Source: Bacteroidales bacterium
GTDB taxonomy: Bacteria; Bacteroidota; Bacteroidia; Bacteroidales; UBA3663
Assembly (NCBI GenBank): GCA_017632695.1
Contig: JAGBQS010000301.1
Location: forward strand, 1 to 53,251
DNA: 53,251 bases
Direction of reading: 5' to 3'
Both the position numbers and the translations under genes were made by a program. Below the pieces are notes generated by a model. That model did not search any database. It worked only from the letters and a program-made list of their open reading frames with translations, and was not told the origin of the DNA. Below are positions 43,653-53,251 of the stretch, piece after piece. Position 1 is the first letter of the stretch, and each line of letters begins with the position of its first letter.

Positions 43653-46600
43653 TGTTGATTCCCTTTCCCGGATGACTGAGGCGCCGGCCTTGCAGATCGA
43701 AGTATTCCTCATTCAATCGGTTCTCCTGGCCGGATGTCAGATTGCTGATTCCTGTAGCAGAGCCTTGACCAAGGTACTCTAAGGTGAAGTGGTCAAATTT
43801 GCAGTCATTGCTTTGGTAGTTCGTCAGTTCCACTCCGAGTGTAAGCTTCCCGTCTGAAATTTCGGTAATGACGCTGGCAGTACTGTTGCTTAACTGGGTC
43901 ATGTCAGCCTTCCCGCTGTTGGCAACAAGCCAAGCGCCCTGATGAATAACGGAACTGCTGGTACGAACCGACAGCCGGTATTTGCCGTTTGGCAGACCCG
44001 ATACCTGCTGCTTCATGCTGCGGTCGGTGAGTTTCCCGGATCCCTGCCATTTGTTGAAGTAACTGCTGCCTACTTTGGCCGGCAGATAGTTGGCGTATTC
44101 GCATTCGAAGGCATCGTCCTGCGAGAGCGTCCAGCCCACAGGCTGCTTGGCGTGAAAATTGTTGTATCGGGTACCTTCTCCGTTGGTGATGACGTACGAA
44201 ATATCCAGGGGATTCTCTTCGGAAGCTTTTTCGAGATTCTCAACTGCTGCCACGTATTTTCCGCGTTCTATGGCATAGAAGTCGTAGTGGCCGATGTTTT
44301 CGCCTTCTGCGTTACCGCTGATTTCATCGGTGCCGTCATACCGGCCCAGAAATCCGCCTCCTTTGTTATTGGTAATGGTCCAGTATCCTTCCGGCAGCGG
44401 GGCGGCCGATACGTATGCACGGTCAGTCCAGCCTTCGCCGTTGTTTTCGGTTCGATAGTTCCAGTTGTTAGGCGTATCGTTCGACTGCATGCATACATCC
44501 GGATTGCCGGCATTAGTGATTACGAGCCACTTGGCCGTGGCTGCTGTGCCGAATAATGCGCCCGAATAGTTGTTGGAGTTGAAGGCATCGAAAGTCCATA
44601 TGGCACTCTTGTTGCCCTCCGGGTAAACATCAGCCTCATACCACATGGTCTGATAGGCAGAACCCTGCTGATTGCCGGTATTGAGCACCAGACCATTGTC
44701 GGTGCCGTTGTCGTAGATGGCAAAGAAATATTGGCTTAAGTCTTCGGGCAATTGGTCGATTTTTTGCCAGCCCTTGGCTTCTGCATGGCGTTCTCCGACT
44801 TCCTTGGGAGCATAGAGTACTACCTGTTCGGCGCGGAACTCCTGTGTGGAGGAACCGTTGAGCAGGTTTACCTGGAAGCCCAGATATACCTCGGTCTCTT
44901 CGGTGAGCCGGAAGTACAGACCCAGCGTTTTCAGATCGTTCGAGCAGTTGTTGAGGCCGTAATAGGCAAGGCTCTGTTCCGGGATGTCGGCCGTGTTGCA
45001 GAGTTCCTTGCTGACAAACATGTAGGCCTGTTCGCTTAAGCTGTAAACTGCGTTGAAGGCAGCTCCGAAGTAATATTTGCCGGCTGGCAGCGTAATCTTG
45101 CGGTAGATGCGGGCATTGCTGAGACTGCCTGCTGTGTTATTGGCAGCATCGTTCCAGACGCCAAGCATCAGGGCTTCATTGCCCGAGTATTTATCCAAGC
45201 CGTGCTTGGTACCATCGTTTCCGTTGGGGATGTTGAAGTTTTCGACGGTCCAGTATTTTGGTGTGCCGAAACGCTGTGTGCCGCCTGCCGAACGGGTGAA
45301 GTTGCTGCCTTCGATGAGATACTGTGCAGTCAGATTCTCTTCGATGACGCCATTGAAAGCACCTCCCTTATTGATGCCGTCGTTCAGAAACGAGCGGTAG
45401 GCAGAGGTGATGTTCTCGCGGGCTGCTTCACAAACATCGTCCGATGAACCTGCTGTTACTTCCTTGGCCTTATTGACGGCATCGAGCAGCTGGGCAAGAC
45501 GGGCAGGACTGAGCTTGCCGGTGTTGTAGTCCTGTACTTCAGATGCAGCCCCGCCGGCGGCAGTTTCAACTTCCTGAATCACGTCCTGCAGCTTTTCGTA
45601 GGCCGAACGGTTATCGGCCTTGAAGGTGATGCGGAATACGGGAGCAATGCTGTTGGGTTTTGTGGACGGAACCTTGACGGTGAGTCCTTTGATGTTATGG
45701 GTGAACTCAATTTCTCCGCCGCCCAGCAGCGTTACGCTTTCCACTTCACCGCTGTAAGAGGTTTCGGCCATCGAGAAAGCCTTGAAGGTGAAGTCACCTG
45801 CAGAAGGCCAGGCCATGATGGTGGCATAGACAACGCCGTCTTTCTGAACATAGCGGACATCCTGAGCTGAATAAGCCTGTCCTTCGTTGAATCCTTGCGC
45901 ATTCATCGGGTTGGCAGCTTCGGCCAGTGGACCTTCACCAAAGGTCTTCCACATGCGTGTACCATAAATACTCTCGCTGTTGATGTCCATCCACGCCTTG
46001 ATGTCGGTCAACACTTTCCTTTCTTTGTCGTCGATGGTGCCGTTGCCCTTCACGGGAATAGAGAGCAGCAGGTTGCCGTTTTTCGAAACGACATCGATAA
46101 GCATACGGATAACGGTAGCTCCGCTCTTGTAACTGTTGCCGTTGTACACGTTTTGGTCGTAGTGCCACTGGCCGATACAGGTGCAGGTCTGCCAATAAGC
46201 CTCCTGCGGACGGTCCGGAATGCCTCGTTCAACATCCCACATCATATATCCTTTCTGTTCGGCGGTAAGCTGTTTGCCGGTTACAACTACCTGCTGCTTG
46301 CCGTCGTGCTCGGCAGCGCTGTGGTTGTAGTAGTGCTGAAGGATATTTTTACCCACCTGATCGTCGCAACCGTAGAAAGGCATGGCGGTATCGTCGAAGT
46401 AGATCATATCAGGATCGTAATCGTTGATCAGTTCCAATACGCGGTTCTGGAACTTCTGCTTGTATTCGGCAGATGGCAGACTGGCTCCGTTGCCCCAGTC
46501 CCATTGGCTGTGGATGGTTCCGCTGCTTTCCCAACCGGTAGAGTGAGAGTGGTTCTGTGCATACAGTTCCTGCGGATCCAGACCATGCCACCAGTATTTA

Positions 46601-47223
46601 TAGGTTTCATCAGCATTTTTGGCCAGTCCGTCCTCTTTGGTCAGATTGCCGTCGAACTTCTGTGACGGTTCCAGCCAGGTCCAGGCATGAGAGGCGTGGA
46701 TGCTGACACCTAACGGCAGCCCTTCGGCTTTGCAGGCTTCAGACCAACCTTTAATCAGGTCTTTTTGCGGACCCACATTAACGGAGTTCCATTCCTGATA
46801 AGGGGAGTTCCAAAGGTCGAAGTTGTCATGGTGGTTGCCCAATGCCATGAAGTAACGTGCACCGACGCTCTTGTAGAGGCTTACCAGTTCCTGCGGATCC
46901 CACTGGTCGGCCTTCCAGGCGTTGCAAAGGTCTTTCAGACCAAAGTTCTTCGGATTGCCGAAGTGGTTGACGTGATAGTTGTACTGTCCGCTTCCTTCGT
47001 AGTACATGAAGCGGGCATACCAGTCGCCGTCTTCGGCCTGACACTGCGGACCCCAATGGGCCCAGATTCCAAACTTGGCATCCTTAAACCATTCCGGACA
47101 TTCCCAGGCACTAAGTGAATCCCATTCGTTGCCGAAGATTCCGGTCTTTACGGTAACGTCGGCGGGCTGTGCATTAGCTGTCAAAGTGATAGCTGCCAGC
47201 AAAAAAGCAATTGTCTTTTTCAT
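43618..47223 (-). CDS. Alpha-L-fucosidase (GH29) with a ~700-aa C-terminal extension of CBM-like modules and a T9SS sorting domain
   Basis: The start is set at MKKTIAFLLAAITLTANAQ. GH29 motifs are FGIWAHWGPQ and ARYFMALGNHHDNFDLWNS. The C-terminus EYFDLQGRRLSHPGKGINIRNGQMMIV is T9SS-CTD-like. Confidence 0.85.
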   Translation of the reverse strand: MKKTIAFLLAAITLTANAQPADVTVKTGIFGNEWDSLSAWECPEWFKDAKFGIWAHWGPQCQAEDGDWYARFMYYEGSGQYNYHVNHFGNPKNFGLKDLCNAWKADQWDPQELVSLYKSVGARYFMALGNHHDNFDLWNSPYQEWNSVNVGPQKDLIKGWSEACKAEGLPLGVSIHASHAWTWLEPSQKFDGNLTKEDGLAKNADETYKYWWHGLDPQELYAQNHSHSTGWESSGTIHSQWDWGNGASLPSAEYKQKFQNRVLELINDYDPDMIYFDDTAMPFYGCDDQVGKNILQHYYNHSAAEHDGKQQVVVTGKQLTAEQKGYMMWDVERGIPDRPQEAYWQTCTCIGQWHYDQNVYNGNSYKSGATVIRMLIDVVSKNGNLLLSIPVKGNGTIDDKERKVLTDIKAWMDINSESIYGTRMWKTFGEGPLAEAANPMNAQGFNEGQAYSAQDVRYVQKDGVVYATIMAWPSAGDFTFKAFSMAETSYSGEVESVTLLGGGEIEFTHNIKGLTVKVPSTKPNSIAPVFRITFKADNRSAYEKLQDVIQEVETAAGGAASEVQDYNTGKLSPARLAQLLDAVNKAKEVTAGSSDDVCEAARENITSAYRSFLNDGINKGGAFNGVIEENLTAQYLIEGSNFTRSAGGTQRFGTPKYWTVENFNIPNGNDGTKHGLDKYSGNEALMLGVWNDAANNTAGSLSNARIYRKITLPAGKYYFGAAFNAVYSLSEQAYMFVSKELCNTADIPEQSLAYYGLNNCSNDLKTLGLYFRLTEETEVYLGFQVNLLNGSSTQEFRAEQVVLYAPKEVGERHAEAKGWQKIDQLPEDLSQYFFAIYDNGTDNGLVLNTGNQQGSAYQTMWYEADVYPEGNKSAIWTFDAFNSNNYSGALFGTAATAKWLVITNAGNPDVCMQSNDTPNNWNYRTENNGEGWTDRAYVSAAPLPEGYWTITNNKGGGFLGRYDGTDEISGNAEGENIGHYDFYAIERGKYVAAVENLEKASEENPLDISYVITNGEGTRYNNFHAKQPVGWTLSQDDAFECEYANYLPAKVGSSYFNKWQGSGKLTDRSMKQQVSGLPNGKYRLSVRTSSSVIHQGAWLVANSGKADMTQLSNSTASVITEISDGKLTLGVELTNYQSNDCKFDHFTLEYLGQGSATGISNLTSGQENRLNEEYFDLQGRRLSHPGKGINIRNGQMMIVRD

Positions 47224-47251
47224 TGTTTCGGTTTGTAATGTTTTCGCGGTG

Positions 47252-47259
47252 CAAAGGTA
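47252..47259 (-). promoter_or_regulatory. -7 promoter motif (TACCTTTG on the minus strand) for the GH29 gene
   Basis: The plus strand reads CAAAGGTA, 29 nt upstream of the ATG at 47223 and inside the longer ORF extension. Confidence 0.45.
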
Positions 47260-47454
47260 TGCATATTTTCTCATCCGATGTGTGAATTAATAATTCAGAA
47301 ATAGCACAAAATTGACATTGCGGTTATTTTGTACTGAAAAAGTAAGGTCATATCCAATATTTTAGCCTCAAAACTTGCAAAATCCGGAGATAATTCTGAA
47401 CTTTGCATCGTAGTTCAGTAGAAAATATTGGACAGATATGTAAACTTTCATACT

Positions 47455-48318
47455 ATGTTACAGATACCCGTTGAGTCGATGAATCTGATGCTGCTCAATG
47501 TCGGACGTGCGCAGCATAATGCCGATTGGAACTGGCAGCATGTCAGTTCACCGTTTGTCCGTATTTTCTATGTTCAGGAAGGCAAAGCTTTTTTGCATCT
47601 GCCCGAACGGAGCGTTCTGTTGCGTCCGGGTTATCTGTATATCATTCCGTCGTATGTGGTCCATTCGTATGAGTGTCATAGCGTGTTTGAACATTACTAT
47701 CTGCACGTCTATGAAGGATTCAAGAACGATATGCCGCTTCAGGATATTTGCGAGATGCCAACGGAGGTGGAAGGCGGTCCTATGGTGCAGCATCTTTTTG
47801 AATATCTTTGTGCCCGGTTGCCGGATGCTCGTCTGCCGCAAAGTAATCCGGACAGTTATGATACGTCGGCGCAGACTTCAGGCTATGTGCAGCGTTATCG
47901 GGATATGAATCTTTGGGAAAAGATGGATCTTCGTGGTGCTATGCTGATGATTATGTCCAATTTCATGCGCGATGCCAAACCTCGGGTTTGGACGTCCGAT
48001 GAGCGGATGAAGCGTGTATTGGAGCATATCCATTCCCACATAGATGATGATGTGGATATTGCAGACCTGTCGAATCTGGCTTGCGTTACCAAATCCTATT
48101 TCATCAGACTGTTCAAGCGGGATTTCGGTGTCTCGCCCGTACAATATATAAATAGGAAGAAGATGGAACGTGCGCAGCTGTTGCTTTTTGCAACCGATAA
48201 AACCGTAAAGGAGGTTGCGTATCTTTTGGGATTCAGCGATGAGAATTATTTTATCCGTCTTTTCCGGAAACTGTGCGACAGTACGCCGCAGGAATACCGG
48301 AAGAGGCTGAGGGTTTAG
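47455..48318 (+). CDS. AraC-family transcriptional regulator (cupin-like sensor + HTH_18)
   Basis: N-terminal AraC-binding-like barrel (FVRIFYVQEGKAFLHL...YLYIIPSYVVHSY) and a C-terminal double HTH (IADLSNLACVTKSYFIRLFKRDFGVSP...GFSDENYFIRLFRK). The ORF-track start at 47428 is a TTG, so I prefer the ATG at 47455. Confidence 0.85.
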   Translation: MLQIPVESMNLMLLNVGRAQHNADWNWQHVSSPFVRIFYVQEGKAFLHLPERSVLLRPGYLYIIPSYVVHSYECHSVFEHYYLHVYEGFKNDMPLQDICEMPTEVEGGPMVQHLFEYLCARLPDARLPQSNPDSYDTSAQTSGYVQRYRDMNLWEKMDLRGAMLMIMSNFMRDAKPRVWTSDERMKRVLEHIHSHIDDDVDIADLSNLACVTKSYFIRLFKRDFGVSPVQYINRKKMERAQLLLFATDKTVKEVAYLLGFSDENYFIRLFRKLCDSTPQEYRKRLRV

Positions 48319-48320
48319 TA

Positions 48321-48640
48321 AAGTTGTGCTGAATGAAAGCTGTAAACTTTTATGGTAGGTTCCGAAAAGTTCGGAATGAACTAAAAACTTTTATGGTAGG
48401 TTTCGAAAAGTTCAGAACCAACTATAAAACTTTATGGTAGGTTTCGACTTGTGCGAAACGAACTATAAAACTTTATGGTTGATTTCGACTTGTGCGAAAT
48501 GAACTATAAAACTTTATGGTAGGTTTCGACTCGCGCAAAATGAACTATAAAACATTATGGTTGATTTCGACTCGCGCGGAATGAACTATAAAACTTTATG
48601 GTAAGTTTCGACTCGCGCAGAAATAACTGAAAACTTCAAT
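48321..48640. repeat. 41-bp tandem repeat array: 7 full units in perfect phase plus degenerate terminal units
   Basis: TTATGG anchors fall at 48350, 48391, 48432, 48473, 48514, 48555 and 48596, exactly 41 bp apart. The consensus is TTATGGTAGGTTTCGAC(T/-)…GCGAAA(T/C)GAACTATAAAACT. Each unit has an AT palindrome (ATAAA-AC-TTTAT) and a variable 6-7 bp hairpin. Confidence 0.95.
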
Positions 48641-48655
48641 ACCTATAAATACCAA

Positions 48656-48685
48656 AAATCCCCTATAGAAAACTATAAGGGATTT
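48656..48685 (-). terminator. Rho-independent terminator of the tRNA His-Glu-Ser operon
   Basis: AAATCCCCTATAG / CTATAAGGGATTT 13-bp stem (one mismatch) with an AAAA loop. On the minus strand it is followed by TTTTTGGTATTT. It begins 3 nt after the tRNA-Ser 3' end. Confidence 0.65.
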
Positions 48686-48688
48686 CTG

Positions 48689-48776
48689 CGGAGAGGACGA
48701 GATTCGAACTCGTGGAACCCTAATCAGGTTCGTCGGTTTAGCAAACCGGTGGTTTCAGCCACTCACCCACCTCTCC
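48689..48776 (-). tRNA. tRNA-Ser (anticodon GCT), long variable arm
   Basis: The minus strand reads GGAGAGGTGGGTGAGTGGCTGAAACCACCGGTTTGCTAAACCGACGAACCTGATTAGGGTTCCACGAGTTCGAATCTCGTCCTCTCCG. The acceptor GGAGAGG/CCTCTCC is perfect, the anticodon loop is TTGCTAA, and the T-loop is TTCGAAT. Confidence 0.9.
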
Positions 48777-48782
48777 TGAAGG

Positions 48783-48857
48783 TGGTAGCGCCTACGAGAC
48801 TCGAACTCGTGTACCCGGCGTGAGAGGCCGGTATCCTAACCGCTAGATGAAAGCGCC
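48783..48857 (-). tRNA. tRNA-Glu (anticodon CTC), CCA encoded
   Basis: The minus strand reads GGCGCTTTCATCTAGCGGTTAGGATACCGGCCTCTCACGCCGGGTACACGAGTTCGAGTCTCGTAGGCGCTACCA. The anticodon stem is CCGGC/GCCGG, the loop is CTCTCAC, and the acceptor has a G1.U72 pair. Confidence 0.85.
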
Positions 48858-48930
48858 ATGTTTGTCAAACTTATATATCCGTCAAGAACCGTCTGACCTG
48901 TTCTTAATTTCTGTGCGATAAAATCGCTTG

Positions 48931-49005
48931 GGTGGCGGGTGGGGCTCGAACCCACGACATTCAGAACCACAATCTGACGCTCTAACCAACTGAACTACAG
49001 CCACC
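48931..49005 (-). tRNA. tRNA-His (anticodon GTG) with encoded G-1
   Basis: The minus strand reads GGTGGCTGTAGTTCAGTTGGTTAGAGCGTCAGATTGTGGTTCTGAATGTCGTGGGTTCGAGCCCCACCCGCCACC. The anticodon loop is TTGTGGT, and an extra 5' G pairs with C73. Confidence 0.9.
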
Positions 49006-49035
49006 ATTTAAGCAATTCGGGCTGAATTGCGGGTG

Positions 49036-49043
49036 CAAAGATA
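49036..49043 (-). promoter_or_regulatory. -7 promoter motif (TATCTTTG on the minus strand) for the tRNA operon
   Basis: The plus strand reads CAAAGATA, 31 nt upstream of the tRNA-His 5' end. Confidence 0.45.
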
Positions 49044-49165
49044 AGGCTAAAAATCCGAATCTCCAAATTTTTTGTCGACTTTTTTTCAAAAAGATGCAAC
49101 TTTTCTGTTTTCGGAGCGCTCTGTGGCTGTTTTCTGCTTAATGGAAGTGCCAAAACAGCCGGTTT

Positions 49166-49537
49166 TTAACAGCCTTTTGTCCGATAACCTTCCTTGTGTA
49201 GCAGTTCGGCGGCTTTTTGACGGCAATCGCCCTGTAACAGAATCTGTCCGTCGAAGGGTTCTTCGCTATTCCAGCAGGAGCTTCCGCCGCAAGCCAACCG
49301 TTGCTGCAGCAGTTTCTTCAGGCGGATCAATTCCTCTTCTGTGCCCTGAAATTCGCTGATCAGGGTGCAGGGTTTCCCTTTCCGGCCCGATTTCTCGTAG
49401 CTGATGCGTAGGGTTCCCAACCGGCCATTTTCTTTGTCGCTGGCTGCTTTGGCTGCTGCATCGGCGGCATTTTCGGCGGCACCCTGTGCCTTCTCTTCAT
49501 CCGAGAGCGATGCTGCCAGTATTTCTTTCCAATCCAT
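49166..49537 (-). CDS. SUI1/eIF1-family translation initiation factor (YciH-like)
   Basis: 123 aa. The core is RISYEKSGRKGKPCTLISEFQGTEEELIRLKKLLQQRLACGGS...ILLQGD, the SUI1 fold signature. Confidence 0.85.
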   Translation of the reverse strand: MDWKEILAASLSDEEKAQGAAENAADAAAKAASDKENGRLGTLRISYEKSGRKGKPCTLISEFQGTEEELIRLKKLLQQRLACGGSSCWNSEEPFDGQILLQGDCRQKAAELLHKEGYRTKGC

Positions 49538-49551
49538 TGTTTGTTGAATGA

Positions 49552-49606
49552 ATCGGGAAACACGAACGGTTCAGTGTGTGCTGAATGTTGTTTCGTGTTT
49601 CCCGAT
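49552..49606 (-). repeat. Perfect 15-bp-stem hairpin ending 14 nt upstream of the SUI1 start codon
   Basis: ATCGGGAAACACGAA (49552-49566) pairs with TTCGTGTTTCCCGAT (49592-49606). The 25-nt loop contains an inner TTCAG/CTGAA stem. There is no U-tract on either side. Confidence 0.85.
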
Positions 49607-49633
49607 ATATAAAGAATTCAAGTTTTTGTATGT

Positions 49634-49755
49634 TTGGAGTTAATGGTAGTTGGCGGGAGTTAACAGGCTTTCGGCCTATGGAGATAACGGACGTATGATT
49701 TGCCACTGTGGTAATGTCGGTTAACTCCCGCTAACTTCTGCTAACTCCCATTAAT
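49634..49755. repeat. Long imperfect inverted repeat built from GGAGTTA(A/G)C words
   Basis: The core is GCGGGAGTTAAC (49653-49664) pairing with GTTAACTCCCGC (49720-49731), a perfect 12 bp. The arms extend imperfectly to ~30 bp. The enclosed 55 nt contains an AGGC-CGAAA-GCCT hairpin. Confidence 0.8.
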
Positions 49756-49794
49756 TCCCAGCAAGCAATGCTTGCGAAATTTGTAGAAAAAATA

Positions 49795-52908
<3,114 letters not shown>

Positions 52909-53053
52909 TTATTAGTTCAGTATGATTGAGGTTGTTTAATCAGGTTGCGTATTAATCACGGTCGTAATAAAAAAAGAAAAACATCCGACCTTTTATAAAC
53001 AAAAGCCAGATGCGTCCTCTTCCTCTTTATTACATATTGACAGTGATTGGTTG

Positions 53054-53128
53054 TGGTCGCTGAGGGATTCGAACCCCCGACCCTCTGCTTGTAAGGCAGA
53101 CGCTCTGAACCAACTGAGCTAAGCGACC
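53054..53128 (-). tRNA. tRNA-Val (anticodon TAC)
   Basis: The minus strand reads GGTCGCTTAGCTCAGTTGGTTCAGAGCGTCTGCCTTACAAGCAGAGGGTCGGGGGTTCGAATCCCTCAGCGACCA. The acceptor GGTCGCT/AGCGACC is perfect and the anticodon loop is CTTACAA. Confidence 0.9.
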
Positions 53129-53150
53129 AGGTAAAAAATGATGCTGATTT

Positions 53151-53222
53151 GTAGTCCATAGCAGAGTCGAACTGCTCTTTAGAGAATGAAAATCTCTCGT
53201 CCTAACCGATAGACGAATGGAC
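53151..53222 (-). tRNA. tRNA-Glu (anticodon TTC)
   Basis: The minus strand reads GGTCCATTCGTCTATCGGTTAGGACGAGAGATTTTCATTCTCTAAAGAGCAGTTCGACTCTGCTATGGACTA. The anticodon loop is TTTTCAT and the acceptor has a G1.U72 pair. Confidence 0.9.
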
Positions 53223-53233
53223 CAGCCTGATTT

Positions 53234-53251
53234 GTGGTGCCAACGGGAATC
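53234..53251 (-). tRNA. 3' end of a further tRNA (identity undetermined; truncated by the window edge)
   Basis: The minus strand reads GATTCCCGTTGGCACCA, i.e. the end of a T-loop (..TTCGATT), a T-stem and a 3' acceptor strand. Confidence 0.4.

Noticed and set aside
48321-48640. The 41-bp array as a CRISPR array or TIGR-like guide array.
   Set aside because: There are no unique spacers. The variable part is only ~12 nt and is closely related between neighbouring units, which indicates duplication and divergence rather than acquisition. No cas, tas or other effector gene is nearby.
48689-49005. The tRNA clusters (also 53054-53251) as integration sites of a genomic island or prophage.
   Set aside because: There is no integrase, recombinase, transposase or phage gene, and no direct repeat of a tRNA 3' end, anywhere in the window.
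49072-49706. Small ORFs (49072-49359 plus strand, 49360-49563 minus strand, 49497-49706 minus strand) around the SUI1 gene.
   Set aside because: They overlap the SUI1 CDS or the inverted-repeat spacer in other frames. Their length is explained by local composition, and they have no start context or motifs.
52956-53159. A 67-aa minus-strand ORF.
   Set aside because: It overlaps tRNA-Val and translates it (the ...GGSNPS... artefact typical of tRNA T-arms), so it is not a gene.

Overview
This 53.3-kb window looks like chromosomal DNA from a Bacteroidota genome, probably Bacteroidales/Prevotellaceae-like. The evidence is TAnnTTTG '-7' promoter motifs upstream of most genes, lipoprotein and T9SS C-terminal sorting signals, a hybrid two-component regulator, and the absence of Shine-Dalgarno-type leaders. 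I support 36 protein genes, one of them truncated at the left edge. Housekeeping genes include a LolE/FtsX-like permease, an aminotransferase, mltG, rfbB/rfbA, an ABC-F ATPase, tcdA, xth and a SUI1/YciH factor. Interspersed with them is a dispersed glycan-degradation set: a GH28 fragment, GHL10, GH43, GH53, a GH5-GH43 fusion, GH97, GH29 and GH2. None of these lies next to a SusC/SusD pair, and two carry T9SS sorting domains. There are two minus-strand tRNA clusters: His-Glu(CTC)-Ser, and Val-Glu(TTC) plus a partial tRNA at the right edge. I found no integrase, transposase, CRISPR array, reverse transcriptase or recognisable defence genes.

The most unusual structure is non-coding. It is a phase-perfect 41-bp tandem array at 48321-48640, with 7 full units. 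Each unit carries a conserved AT palindrome and a hairpin with compensatory stem changes. The array sits between the stop codon of an AraC-family gene and the terminator of the tRNA operon.

Secondary candidates:
- A secreted TPR protein translationally coupled to an orphan HTCS that converges on, and overlaps, a lipoprotein serpin gene.
- A membrane-anchored receiver-less winged-helix regulator upstream of a DUF2723 (TMEM260-like GT-C) plus DUF3098 pair.
- A highly structured 257-nt spacer in front of the SUI1 gene.
- Two long C-free tracts at gene 3' ends.

All calls come from reading the sequence and the ORF track. No database search was run.
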